This document shows positions 20,316-30,562 of a stretch of DNA of 64,000 bases, one piece after another; position 1 is the stretch's first letter; the number at the start of each line of letters is the position of its first letter. The stretch is taken from positions 3,347 through 67,346 of the forward strand of contig CANEHT010000005.1 in assembly GCA_947427385.1 (NCBI GenBank). Direction: 5' to 3'. The notes under the pieces were generated by a model. It did no database searches and was not told the origin of the DNA. It saw only the letters and a program-made list of their open reading frames with translations. The position numbers and the translations under genes are program-made. Origin of the DNA: an uncultured Clostridia bacterium (GTDB lineage Bacteria > Bacillota > Clostridia > Lachnospirales > CAMVHY01).

Positions 20316-20345
20316 TTAAATTAATCCGCGCGAGCGGATTTTTTT
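20316..20345 (+). terminator. Rho-independent terminator after dpaB
   Basis: Stem AATCCGC / GCGGATT with loop GCGA and a T-run. It abuts the holA stop codon. Confidence 0.65.
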
Positions 20346-21315
20346 AGTTGCAATATTTTACAATTAAAGTTTCGAGCGCAAGTTTATCAGTAATTTGCCC
20401 AGTTTTAATTTTATAATCAATTTTCGAACATTCCTTTATTGCCGAAATTAATTTTTCACAAGAAAAATTTTGAGCTTGCCGTAAACAATCATTGACAATA
20501 AAACTTCTGATACCTAATTTTTGCGCAATAGAATTTTCACCGATTTGTGCAAAAGTTTTTACCTGCAAAATCAAAGTAAATTGACGCGCTATCATCGTTA
20601 AAATCATTAATGGTTGTTCTTTAAGAAAAATCAAATTATTATAATGTTCGAGCGCCAGTTTCAAATTTTTATTTCCTATCGCAGCAACAAGATCAAAAAT
20701 TCCAGCTTCGATAGTTTTTGTACAAAGCAAATTTATATCTGGCGCACAAATTTCTTTATCGCAATAGCAAATAAGTTTGTCCAATTCATTTTTCAAAAAA
20801 TTCATATCACCCATTGTCGTTTTTAAAATAAGTAAAGCATTTTCATCGGAAATATTTTTGTCGGCGGCATTACAAACTTTTTTTATCCATTTGATTAATT
20901 CTTTGTCAGAAGGCGTCTTTATTTCAAATGCTTCACCAATTTCACAAATTTTTTTGTAAAGTTTGTTACGCTTATCAATTTTAGATTCCCAAAAAATAAT
21001 TATAGAAGATTGCGGAAAATCAGCGATGTTATCAAAAATTAATTCTGTTGCATTTTTTTTACCACTGTAAAAAAATCCACTATCTTTAACGATTATCAAA
21101 CGATATTGATTCATAAATGGTAGCGCCATTGCAGAATTTATAATTGCTGTAGCATTTTCTTCGAAAAAATTGAAATTCATATCTGAAAAATCGTCAGGTA
21201 TGATTTTTTTTTTGATTTGATTTATGTAATGTTCAATTAAATAATTTTCAGTTCCATATAGCAAATAAAAATTTTTTAGGCCATTTTTCTCAATCTGTTT
21301 CAAAAAATTTGACAA
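20344..21315 (-). CDS. holA: DNA polymerase III delta subunit
   Basis: ~320 aa, HolA-like N-terminus (YLLYGTE.YL), and the canonical position just downstream of comEC. Confidence 0.85.
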   Translation of the reverse strand: MSNFLKQIEKNGLKNFYLLYGTENYLIEHYINQIKKKIIPDDFSDMNFNFFEENATAIINSAMALPFMNQYRLIIVKDSGFFYSGKKNATELIFDNIADFPQSSIIIFWESKIDKRNKLYKKICEIGEAFEIKTPSDKELIKWIKKVCNAADKNISDENALLILKTTMGDMNFLKNELDKLICYCDKEICAPDINLLCTKTIEAGIFDLVAAIGNKNLKLALEHYNNLIFLKEQPLMILTMIARQFTLILQVKTFAQIGENSIAQKLGIRSFIVNDCLRQAQNFSCEKLISAIKECSKIDYKIKTGQITDKLALETLIVKYCN

Positions 21316-23601
21316 TTATTTCACCTTATTAAAAAAAATTTTTTCATTAAAATTTAACTCACTTGAAATTTTAATTTTATCATTTAAAAATTTAATCGTA
21401 ACAGCTCCACACTGAGCTGTGTCAAAAAGTTCAATATTCAAATCTTTTAGACGTTGTACAACTTCATCACTTGGATGCGAGTAATAATTATTTACGCCTG
21501 TACTAACAAGCGCTAAAGTTGGATTAACTTTTTGTAAAAATTCTAATGTCGAAGAAGTTTTTGAACCATGATGAGCTAATTTTAAAATATCTGCACTAAT
21601 ATTTTCTGATAATATTTCATGCTCTGCATCTTTTTCAATATCGCCTGTAAATAAAATTTTTGTTTTCGGTAAATGTAATTTTAACACAAGAGATGAGTCA
21701 TTGTTACTATTTGCAACTGTGTTTTCAAAAGGATAAATACATTGGAAATAAAATTTTTTGTCGGATAAAATATCGCCGGCTTTCAAATATTCTATAGGTA
21801 TAGAAAATTTTTTTGCCTGTGCAAATAATTTTTGCGCTAATTCATCATCCGAAAATTTTTGTGGTAAAAATATTTTACCAACACGTTTACTTTCCAACAA
21901 CTCAATAATGCCAGTGATATGGTCGGCGTCAGAATGCGAAATAAAAACTGCGTCAATAAAATTTTTCGCTTTGTAATCTAAAAACGGTATTAAAATATTT
22001 TGTCCGGTATTGTTTCCAATATCTTGCGTTCGTTTGCCGCCACCGTCAATAACAAAAACTTTACCGCAGTTTATAACAAAGCAGTCTCCTTCCCCAACAT
22101 CAAGCATTGTAATTTGAGTTGGCTTTGGAATGATAAAAACAATTGCTATACAAAAAATGAAAAATGACGAAAATATGTAAAAATATTTTTTCATCGGTCT
22201 GCCAATTAAAAATGATATAAATAAAAAAAGCCACATTAAATATAAACTAACAAAAAAAAGATTTACGTGCCCCGTTAGTATTTTTGAAAACGGAAGTAAT
22301 GTAAAAATTTCGCATAATTTCTCGTAAAACCAAAGTAAAATTAAAATCGGTGCAGAAATAAAACTTGCTAGATGTAAATTAATTAAGCCGATAAATCCAA
22401 CAATAAATCCTAGCGCAACGATTAAAGCAATGCTTGGCAAAACAAATAAATTTATAAATATGCTGTACGGTGTGAAATAAAAAAAATAATATGCGTTGAC
22501 AAGATATGTAATCAGTGATGCAGCAATAGACGCCGCAAAAAATTTATTCGCACGAAAAAATTTGATCGCCAGAAATTTTAATCCAATCAGCATTAAACCT
22601 CTGTCGATTGGCTCGGTAAAAACTGCAATTCCAAATACAGCGCCAAATGAATATTCAAATCCAATATCGAAAATGCAAAAAGGATTGAACAACATGAGTA
22701 ACAAACTGCAAAATGATAGCGACGTTAGCAGATCACTTTCACGATAAATTAATTGTCCAACGATAATCACAGTAGCCATAATTACAGCACGAACAGTTGA
22801 AACATTTGCGCCTGTCATCAAACAATATAGACACAAAATTAAAATGCAAAGTATGCACGAATTTCTTTTCCCAAAAATAAATTTTAATAAATAATTGACG
22901 AGCAATGCAATTATTGAAATATGTAAACCAGAGATGGCTAAGATGTGATAAATTCCAGCGGATTTGTAAAGTTGACTTGTATAATCGTCAATTTCAGATT
23001 TTTCGCCAATAATCATGGCTTTTAAAATCCCAGCTTCTTTACTTTGAAAAATAATGTCGTAAACATTACCTAAATTATTTTTAAATTTTTCAAGCGTATA
23101 AATAAAATAATTTTGTTGACCACAGTTTTTGACACTAACAGGAAAAATTTTATATGCTATTGATTTTGTCCGAAAATAATTTTTTTCGTTAAAACCTCCA
23201 GGATTTCTACGTGGCTGTGGCAAAATAAATTTACCTTTTAAAATAATTTTATCTCCAACAAATATATTATTGTCTGAAAAATAAGCTTGAACATTAAATT
23301 TTTTCCCTAAATAATTTACTTTAACCATTGCACGATTATAATTTTTCAAAGCGGCAATATTTTTTACAACGCCCTCAATTGTAATATTTTTTGACGGTAA
23401 ATCTAAAACATTTTGTGAAAATTGTACACGCAATAAACCGCAACTAAATATTGTAAAAAAAATTAGCATGGTTTTTATTCCATGCTTGAAATAAATATAA
23501 AACAAAGCGAAAAAAATTACGATACAAAATAAATAATTTGCTTGTGAAAAAATTATTCCCAGCATAAAAAATATTGCGCTCACAAATAATGGTCTTTTCA
23601 T
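21316..23601 (-). CDS. comEC: DNA internalization competence protein ComEC/Rec2
   Basis: DUF4131-like N-terminus, a polytopic competence domain, and a C-terminal metallo-beta-lactamase domain (HSDADH). Confidence 0.92.
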   Translation of the reverse strand: MKRPLFVSAIFFMLGIIFSQANYLFCIVIFFALFYIYFKHGIKTMLIFFTIFSCGLLRVQFSQNVLDLPSKNITIEGVVKNIAALKNYNRAMVKVNYLGKKFNVQAYFSDNNIFVGDKIILKGKFILPQPRRNPGGFNEKNYFRTKSIAYKIFPVSVKNCGQQNYFIYTLEKFKNNLGNVYDIIFQSKEAGILKAMIIGEKSEIDDYTSQLYKSAGIYHILAISGLHISIIALLVNYLLKFIFGKRNSCILCILILCLYCLMTGANVSTVRAVIMATVIIVGQLIYRESDLLTSLSFCSLLLMLFNPFCIFDIGFEYSFGAVFGIAVFTEPIDRGLMLIGLKFLAIKFFRANKFFAASIAASLITYLVNAYYFFYFTPYSIFINLFVLPSIALIVALGFIVGFIGLINLHLASFISAPILILLWFYEKLCEIFTLLPFSKILTGHVNLFFVSLYLMWLFLFISFLIGRPMKKYFYIFSSFFIFCIAIVFIIPKPTQITMLDVGEGDCFVINCGKVFVIDGGGKRTQDIGNNTGQNILIPFLDYKAKNFIDAVFISHSDADHITGIIELLESKRVGKIFLPQKFSDDELAQKLFAQAKKFSIPIEYLKAGDILSDKKFYFQCIYPFENTVANSNNDSSLVLKLHLPKTKILFTGDIEKDAEHEILSENISADILKLAHHGSKTSSTLEFLQKVNPTLALVSTGVNNYYSHPSDEVVQRLKDLNIELFDTAQCGAVTIKFLNDKIKISSELNFNEKIFFNKVK

Positions 23602-24494
23602 TTTTTATCACGATAAATAATTTTTTCATTACGCTCGATTGGTTTATTTAACCATTTAGATTGATTTGTTTTTTCAGATTCAATAAGAAATTGAACTTTG
23701 TTAATATTTTTTAACTCCGTCAAAGAATTTACGATGGAATAAAGTGCAAATTTTTGGTTATCATTATCATTATTTTTATTTGTAAATTCTCCGCTTAAAC
23801 TTACATAACAAATATCCTTGTCAGTTTTTACATCACAAATTTTAGTATCAGGCGAGACTGTTGCCGATAAATCAGATCCACTTGGTCCCAAAATTATTTG
23901 TTCTAAAATATATTTTTCAATTGGCTGATTAAGGTCAATATTTATTAACCTATCTTGCGCACATAATTTATTTTCTTTGCGGAAATATAATTTTACAATT
24001 TGTGAATCTGTTTTTTCATCGGAAATTTCAGGATTAATAACAATATTGCTGCGATTTAAAACACCTATTGGGGTTCCGTCAATTTTTTGTAATTCCTGTC
24101 CGTCAACAAAAATTTTTACATTATCTACAAAATCTAAATCAGTTAAAGTCCAAACAAGTGCACTACGAAAAAATAATTCATCAGGCAAATTTTTATATTG
24201 CGGTGAAAAATCAGTTGTAACGGTTTTATCATTCAAATAAATTTTTTTTACATCTACATTTGTGAGTTGAAACGCAGATAATTTTTTATTTTTAGGTTCA
24301 GAATATAAAATCTCAATAGTTTGACGTAAAATATTTTCTTTATCGAGTTTATTATCAATATTTCTTTTTTCACTTTTCAATAAATTTTTTACTGTATTTG
24401 GGAAATATGCTTCAACTTTAATTTTATTTTTTTCATTTAAGATAGATAACATTAAAATTATTCCTGCACATATAAAAATCAATGCCTTTTTCAT
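23598..24494 (-). CDS. gerM: GerM-like germination/sporulation lipoprotein
   Basis: Signal sequence (MKKALIFICAG) and two GerMN-type repeats. The ATG at 24494 is preferred because the ATG at 24530 used in the track lies inside a TATAAT box. Confidence 0.7.
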   Translation of the reverse strand: MKKALIFICAGIILMLSILNEKNKIKVEAYFPNTVKNLLKSEKRNIDNKLDKENILRQTIEILYSEPKNKKLSAFQLTNVDVKKIYLNDKTVTTDFSPQYKNLPDELFFRSALVWTLTDLDFVDNVKIFVDGQELQKIDGTPIGVLNRSNIVINPEISDEKTDSQIVKLYFRKENKLCAQDRLINIDLNQPIEKYILEQIILGPSGSDLSATVSPDTKICDVKTDKDICYVSLSGEFTNKNNDNDNQKFALYSIVNSLTELKNINKVQFLIESEKTNQSKWLNKPIERNEKIIYRDKK

Positions 24495-24598
24495 TTTGAA
24501 GAGCACTCTCCTTTTTCTAACATTATACATTTTTGCAGAAAATAATTATATAAAAAAAGGGATTCAATATTTAGAATCCCTTTTACAATAATAAAATA

Positions 24599-25495
24599 TT
24601 AAGACAAATTTATTATATCATTAAACGTTTGAGAATTAGGTTCTATTTCAATATTTTTTTTAATACTTGGATTAACTTGTGTGTTTCCTAAATCGAAATT
24701 AGTTTTCAAATTTTTTGGAGTTGAATTTTCTTTATATCTTTTATTTAGATGGCAACCCAAACCTACACTGGCTGAACCTAATAATACTAATGATATTAAT
24801 AAACTTAGCCCGAATGTTGAAGATACAAAAAATCCAAAAGGAGAAGCTAAAATAAAAACAAATCCCAGAATTATTAATAATTTGTCTAGCCATTTATTAT
24901 TTTTAGGTAAATTTTCTTCTAAAGTTTCTTTTTGGACTGAATTTAAATCATTAATACTATCAGTATCTGTTTTGTTTTTTTTAGTTTCAAAATTATTTTC
25001 AAAATTATCTTTAGAATCTTTTCCTGCATTTCCATTGGGAGCAACTTTATGATTATCTTCAAAATTTTCTCCTACATTTTCATTTAAAGATTTATTTAAT
25101 TCCAAATTTGAATTACCGACATTGTCAACAAGTACTTCCAATTGTTCAACTTCAACTGATTTTTTATCTTCTTCATCATATTTTTTTTGTAATTCGTTAA
25201 TTTGTTCATCTTGTAAGTAATCCTTTATTTTTGACAAACGATCAAATATATCAGTTACATAAAATTCTGATATATTTTCAACTAAAGATTCATAAAAAAT
25301 TTTTTCTTTATTACTGCCCAATTTATCTGCATAAGAAACTAAAAAAGGCAATTTATCACTTTTATGGCAATCACAATACTGTATAAGTTCCAAAATTTTA
25401 TTTGATTCTACTGCATTATAAAATTCATTTTTTTCTAGTAGCGCATAAAATATTTTTTGTAAAAATTCATAACTTATTGAAGCTATACTTTGCAA
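24599..25495 (-). CDS. Orphan membrane protein with a soluble N-terminal part, an acidic low-complexity linker and two C-terminal TM helices
   Basis: The TM pair is LLIILGFVFILASPFGFFV / FGLSLLISLVLLGSASVGLGC. The only canonical start is a TTG, and coding-like sequence continues 40 codons upstream with no start codon. Confidence 0.55.
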   Translation of the reverse strand: MQSIASISYEFLQKIFYALLEKNEFYNAVESNKILELIQYCDCHKSDKLPFLVSYADKLGSNKEKIFYESLVENISEFYVTDIFDRLSKIKDYLQDEQINELQKKYDEEDKKSVEVEQLEVLVDNVGNSNLELNKSLNENVGENFEDNHKVAPNGNAGKDSKDNFENNFETKKNKTDTDSINDLNSVQKETLEENLPKNNKWLDKLLIILGFVFILASPFGFFVSSTFGLSLLISLVLLGSASVGLGCHLNKRYKENSTPKNLKTNFDLGNTQVNPSIKKNIEIEPNSQTFNDIINLS

Positions 25496-25614
25496 AATAG
25501 CAATTAATTCTTCAAATATATCTTTGTCAGATAAATAAATTAAACTTTCTTTATTTATAACTTCATTTAATCTGTAAATTTCTTCTGCATTTAATTTATC
25601 AATTGATTCAGGGG

Positions 25615-25630
25615 ATTTATTTATTTATTT
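25615..25630 (-). repeat. (AAAT)4 tetranucleotide tract at the junction of the two orphan ORFs
   Basis: The plus strand reads ATTTATTTATTTATTT. On the minus strand the stop codon of the 815-aa ORF lies inside the tract. Confidence 0.95.
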
Positions 25631-28055
25631 TAATTTTTAATCTCTCTAATATTTCTGCTATTTCATCTCCATTTTGTTTATCAAAATTATCATTAAAATA
25701 AGCAATAAAACTTAAAAAAATATGATCATTGCAATTTAAAAATAATTCAGCATCAACATTTAAATATATATCACATATATCTTTTTCTGACAAAATATTT
25801 GAATATTTTTCAAAAAATAAATCTGAAAATTTATTAACTATCAAACAACAAATGGTACGATTTTTTTTATTTTCATTAAGATATCCTAAAAAACGTTCCT
25901 GAAAATTTTTGTTGATAAAGATTTCATTTGCAAAATATGATTCAAATTCTTGTGAATTTTGTGCCTGTACAATTTTTTGAAACAAATTATTATAAAAATT
26001 TTTTTGTATTTCAGGGTAAGCAGTTTCTCTATTAAATAAAGTTACAGTTTTTTCAATAAATTTTCTTGAAGGATTATTCATTTTAGAAATACATTCAATT
26101 AATTCTTTCTTACTATCGATAGTTACTAAAACAGTATCAAAATATTGAATATCAATATATTTATACCAATTAAAAATTTGTGTCCCTGATAAATTAGAAA
26201 TTAAAAATTGAATTTCAGCAAAAAAAATTGAAAACTTTTGTTTTTTATCTTCTTCAGAATTTACATGCCTTTGTATATAATCCAAACAGCGACAAGAATT
26301 TTTTGCATTTAAATGCTTTAATTTTTCTCTAAATAAATTTATATTATCAACTATATCTTTTGGCGATACAAAACTTGGTTGATAATTTTTAAGATCATTA
26401 ATAGGAACTTCTTCTTGCCAAAATTTAATTTCTGAATCTTGTGAAATTAATTTAGAGCCATCAGCAATTTTTACTGTTCCACTATTTATCGGACGACCAA
26501 TAAATATTTCATGTAATTTAGCTAAAGGAAATACTAATCTTCCGTCATTTAAAATAATTCCATCATTATATGTTCTATCATTATTATCGAAATCAAAGAA
26601 ATTAAACTGTGTTGCATGATCAAGATCTTGAGGAAATAAAAAACTATAAAATATTTTAGCCTTATTTTTAATTTCTTCTATATCTGATATATTTTGTGAT
26701 TTTGCTTCTTCAGTATTTTCAGACCTTGCAACATAAATTTTTTTTACCATAAAATCAAAAGGATTCTCTTTGTTTAACTTATTTTCAATTTCTTTTAGTT
26801 CAATAATGTTTCCCGAAAGTTCATCTCTTAAATTTATAATATTCATAATAACAGCTTTTCTTATTTGAGGAGATTCATTTAAGTAATGCATAAAGCAAGC
26901 ATAAACAATACATTGAAAAAAATGAATAGCGGCAAATGAATCATTATCAATTATCGTATCTTGACAAAGAAGATTACTTTGTAATTCTGAAAAAATTTCA
27001 AGTGGAACATCTGATTTTACTTCATTAAATTTTATTAAAAGTAAACGTATTACATCTTCAATGAAATTTTTTGTTGCCTGCTTTTTCGCATCTTTATCAC
27101 TTATTTGTTCATTTTTTTCTTTCTCTTTTGTTTGTTCATTTAGCGTTTTTTTGACATCTTCAATATTATAAAATTCAGGATCAACTGATAAATTTTCTTT
27201 TACATGAATTTTTAGATGTCTTTCAATAGTATCCGAACGCATTTGAGGAAAATTTTTAATTAATGAATTTAATATTTTTTGGCCATTTTCATTAAGTTCA
27301 TCATTTTCATCACAAATTGTAATATTATTGTTATTATCAACTAAAACATCAATTTCATCATTTTCTTTTATAAAAATATCGTATAAAAAAACAAATTCTT
27401 CTTCTTTGTATTTGGGAGATTGAATAAAAAATCTTCTTAAATTAAACAAAAGCCTTTTTTCGGGCATAAATGAATGACGCTGTTTTACTTCTCTTTCTCC
27501 ATTATTAGTTTGAACTTTTTTTCGTTCATTTGAACCATTATTTATGAAAACTACTAAACGCTTACCATCAGTAGATAAATTGATAGGAAGCTTTTCATAT
27601 GAATATTTTTTTTCATTTTCATTGAATTCAACATCTTTATAAATTTTTTTTATAATACTTCTTTCTTCATCAGTATCAATATCTTTAAAATCATGATCAC
27701 ATTTTCCAACACAATTAATATGCAAAGGTATAATTTTTTTTGTTAACATTTCTAGCAAATTAATTATAGTATTACTTTCTACCAAATTGTGCAAATAGGT
27801 AAAATTATTTTCTTGTTCATGAACTTGATTTTGAACTTTAATTCTGCATACATTTTTAAAAACTTCAATGTATTCATTACTAAAAGAATCTTTGTAAATA
27901 CTGTTAGTTTGACAAGTATTTAAATTTGAAACGAATGTATTTGAGTAAAGATTTATCAATGAGGTAAAAGAAATGATTGGCATTTTTTGCAATTCACTAT
28001 TTTCATTTTTAACAGCTAAAATATTTGGATATGTTACAGTAACTCTTTCAGACAT
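25617..28055 (-). CDS. Orphan large protein (~812 aa) with no recognisable domain
   Basis: Long uninterrupted ORF rich in N/K/E/I/F, with no P-loop, nuclease or HTH motif found. The ATG at 28055 has a GAAGGTG SD, whereas the track start is the GTG at 28064. The gene begins ~50 nt after the ligA stop with no terminator between them. Confidence 0.6.
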   Translation of the reverse strand: MSERVTVTYPNILAVKNENSELQKMPIISFTSLINLYSNTFVSNLNTCQTNSIYKDSFSNEYIEVFKNVCRIKVQNQVHEQENNFTYLHNLVESNTIINLLEMLTKKIIPLHINCVGKCDHDFKDIDTDEERSIIKKIYKDVEFNENEKKYSYEKLPINLSTDGKRLVVFINNGSNERKKVQTNNGEREVKQRHSFMPEKRLLFNLRRFFIQSPKYKEEEFVFLYDIFIKENDEIDVLVDNNNNITICDENDELNENGQKILNSLIKNFPQMRSDTIERHLKIHVKENLSVDPEFYNIEDVKKTLNEQTKEKEKNEQISDKDAKKQATKNFIEDVIRLLLIKFNEVKSDVPLEIFSELQSNLLCQDTIIDNDSFAAIHFFQCIVYACFMHYLNESPQIRKAVIMNIINLRDELSGNIIELKEIENKLNKENPFDFMVKKIYVARSENTEEAKSQNISDIEEIKNKAKIFYSFLFPQDLDHATQFNFFDFDNNDRTYNDGIILNDGRLVFPLAKLHEIFIGRPINSGTVKIADGSKLISQDSEIKFWQEEVPINDLKNYQPSFVSPKDIVDNINLFREKLKHLNAKNSCRCLDYIQRHVNSEEDKKQKFSIFFAEIQFLISNLSGTQIFNWYKYIDIQYFDTVLVTIDSKKELIECISKMNNPSRKFIEKTVTLFNRETAYPEIQKNFYNNLFQKIVQAQNSQEFESYFANEIFINKNFQERFLGYLNENKKNRTICCLIVNKFSDLFFEKYSNILSEKDICDIYLNVDAELFLNCNDHIFLSFIAYFNDNFDKQNGDEIAEILERLKIKINK

Positions 28056-28107
28056 ACTAAACACCTTCTTCCGATTTCGTTAGTCTCAACAATTCTATTA
28101 TATCACA

Positions 28108-30057
28108 TTATATTATCAAATTATAATTTTTTATAAAATTTTCCTCTGTGATGATAGGAACTCCAAGCGTTATAGCTTTTTGATTTTTTTCAGATTTAGA
28201 TGACAAATTATTATTTATTAAAGCAGTAGTTTTTTTTGAGACTGCGGAAGAAACTTTACCACCAAGCATCTCGATAAAATTTATAAATTCCTTACGATTT
28301 TTAAATTTTTCAAGATCACCAGTAATAACAAATGATAATCCATTTAAAATCTTATCATCGGTAACAGTTACTGATTTAAAATTTAATAGCGGTAAAATTT
28401 TGTCAAGGAGTTTAATATTTTCGATATCAGAAAAATATTCGCAAACAGATTTTGCAATAGCTTCTCCAAAACCATGAATATTATTAATTTCATCAAACGC
28501 CGACGATTTTATTTTTTCAATATCGTTGTTAAATTCCATACATAAACTTTTCGCATTACTAAGTCCCACGCGATTTATGCCCAATGCATAAATGAAGTTA
28601 TATAAAAAAACATTTTTAGATTTTTCAATTGCTGCCATTAAATTTGTATAAAGTTTGTGATTTTTGTTAGGACTTTTCGAATCAAGTACTTGATAAAATT
28701 TTATTTCTTGCTCATATTTTTTTAGTTCATAGATGTCAGTATAATTTTTCAAAAATCCATGCGCGACAAATTTTTTTATAATCATTTCTGATAAACCTTC
28801 GATATTCATTGCATCACGGCTCGCAAAATGTACGAGCGACATAATTAACTTTGCGCTACAATTTGGATTTATACAATATAAAAATTTTCCGCTGTTAATA
28901 TGAATAATTTCGGTGTTATGATGGCAAACTGGACATTTCTCAGGAATTTGCACATTATTACTACGCGTCAAATTATCAGCAATTTGCGGAATAATCATAT
29001 TTGCTTTGTAAACTTTTATTGTATCACCAATCCCCAATTCTAAATTATTTATAAAATTTATATTATGAAGCGAAGCTTTATTTATTTTCGTCCCATCGAG
29101 CTCAATAGGTTCAAACACTGCAATTGGATTTATTAAACCGGTCCGCGATGTATTCCACTCAACATCCAAAAGTTTTGTCGTTTTCGTTTCATCAGCCCAT
29201 TTAAAAGCAATTGAATCACGTGGAAATTTATTTGTCACGCCAAGAAATTTACTATATGCAATATCGTCCAAAGTTAAAACTAATCCATCAGCGGCAAAAC
29301 CAAAATTTTTAACACGCGATTTAAATTCTGCGACGTCATCAAAAATTTTTTGTGCATCAGTAACTTTAAACTCAACAACATCGAAGCCTAAATTTTTAAG
29401 CCATAGCAATTTTTGCGTTTTAGAATTTTTAAAATCAATATTTTGTGACAAAACCAAATCAAATGCAAAAAAATGAACTGGTCTATCAGTTTGTGGTATC
29501 AAATTGCGAACGGTTCCACTGCACAAATTTCTCGGATTTTTATACTTAAAATTTTCATTTATAGCGTTAAAATTTTCGTAAGAAATTACAGCTTCACCGC
29601 GCACAATTAATTTTTTGGTATAAGAAATTTTTTTCGGCAAATTTGTAAAAATACTTGCATTATGTGTGATATCTTCGCCAATTTCACCGTTACCACGTGT
29701 GATTATTTGACGTAAATTGCCGCCGTCATATATTAAAACAATTGTCAATCCATCAAGTTTCCATGAAAGCAAACCGACTTTATCTGTCAAAAATTCTTTA
29801 AGCTTATTAATACTTTTTGTTTTGTCAAGCGACAACATTTTTTTTTCATGAACAACTTTTTTTAACGCATTGTTGACTTTTGCGCCAACCTTTTGAGTTG
29901 GGCTATCAGGTAATGTTATATTTAATTTTTTTTCAAGATTTACAAGTTCATCATACAATTTGTCATATTCATAATCAGAAATTAATTCATCAGCAGAATT
30001 ATAATATGCAAAGGAAGCTTGATTAAGTTTGTCAACCAAATTTTTCATTTGTTCCAT
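28108..30057 (-). CDS. ligA: NAD-dependent DNA ligase
   Basis: Adenylation motif KLDG, a Cys4 zinc finger (CPVCHH...CINPNC), HhH repeats and a C-terminal BRCT domain. Confidence 0.97.
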   Translation of the reverse strand: MEQMKNLVDKLNQASFAYYNSADELISDYEYDKLYDELVNLEKKLNITLPDSPTQKVGAKVNNALKKVVHEKKMLSLDKTKSINKLKEFLTDKVGLLSWKLDGLTIVLIYDGGNLRQIITRGNGEIGEDITHNASIFTNLPKKISYTKKLIVRGEAVISYENFNAINENFKYKNPRNLCSGTVRNLIPQTDRPVHFFAFDLVLSQNIDFKNSKTQKLLWLKNLGFDVVEFKVTDAQKIFDDVAEFKSRVKNFGFAADGLVLTLDDIAYSKFLGVTNKFPRDSIAFKWADETKTTKLLDVEWNTSRTGLINPIAVFEPIELDGTKINKASLHNINFINNLELGIGDTIKVYKANMIIPQIADNLTRSNNVQIPEKCPVCHHNTEIIHINSGKFLYCINPNCSAKLIMSLVHFASRDAMNIEGLSEMIIKKFVAHGFLKNYTDIYELKKYEQEIKFYQVLDSKSPNKNHKLYTNLMAAIEKSKNVFLYNFIYALGINRVGLSNAKSLCMEFNNDIEKIKSSAFDEINNIHGFGEAIAKSVCEYFSDIENIKLLDKILPLLNFKSVTVTDDKILNGLSFVITGDLEKFKNRKEFINFIEMLGGKVSSAVSKKTTALINNNLSSKSEKNQKAITLGVPIITEENFIKNYNLII

Positions 30058-30069
30058 AAATTTTTTCTC

Positions 30070-30519
30070 CTATCGATTTAATTGCCAAATTTCAAAATTT
30101 AAATAGCCCGCATAAATTAGCCAAAAAATATATGGCAACATTAACGCTGCAGCAATAATATTTGTTTTTGAAAATTCTTTCGTAGTAATTATAACCATAA
30201 CGAACAGAAAAATCAGCCAAATAAATGAAAACAATTTTAAATCCAACCCAAAGAAAAATATTGGCCATAAAAAATTTATCAAAAGTTGCATCGAATATAA
30301 ATAATTTCCCTTCGTATTATTAATCGCTAAAAAATTTGCTATCGCCATCAAAAAATATAAAATAACCCAGACAATAGGAAAAATAAATCCGGGCGTAGAA
30401 AATGCTGGCTTTATAAAATTTAAATATTTAATTGAAATATCTCCGACAAGAAAATTACTCAAAAATCCAATGAATTCCGCTATCAATAAATTAAAAATAA
30501 ATCTTAACAAAAAAATCAC
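30070..30519 (-). CDS. tspO: TspO/MBR family tryptophan-rich sensory protein
   Basis: Five TM helices, ~150 aa, and W/F/Y-rich motifs (FPIVWVILYFLM, LWPIFFF). Confidence 0.75.
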   Translation of the reverse strand: MIFLLRFIFNLLIAEFIGFLSNFLVGDISIKYLNFIKPAFSTPGFIFPIVWVILYFLMAIANFLAINNTKGNYLYSMQLLINFLWPIFFFGLDLKLFSFIWLIFLFVMVIITTKEFSKTNIIAAALMLPYIFWLIYAGYLNFEIWQLNR

Positions 30520-30562
30520 CTCAAATAAAAAAATCCATTACATATAAAATATGCAATGGATT

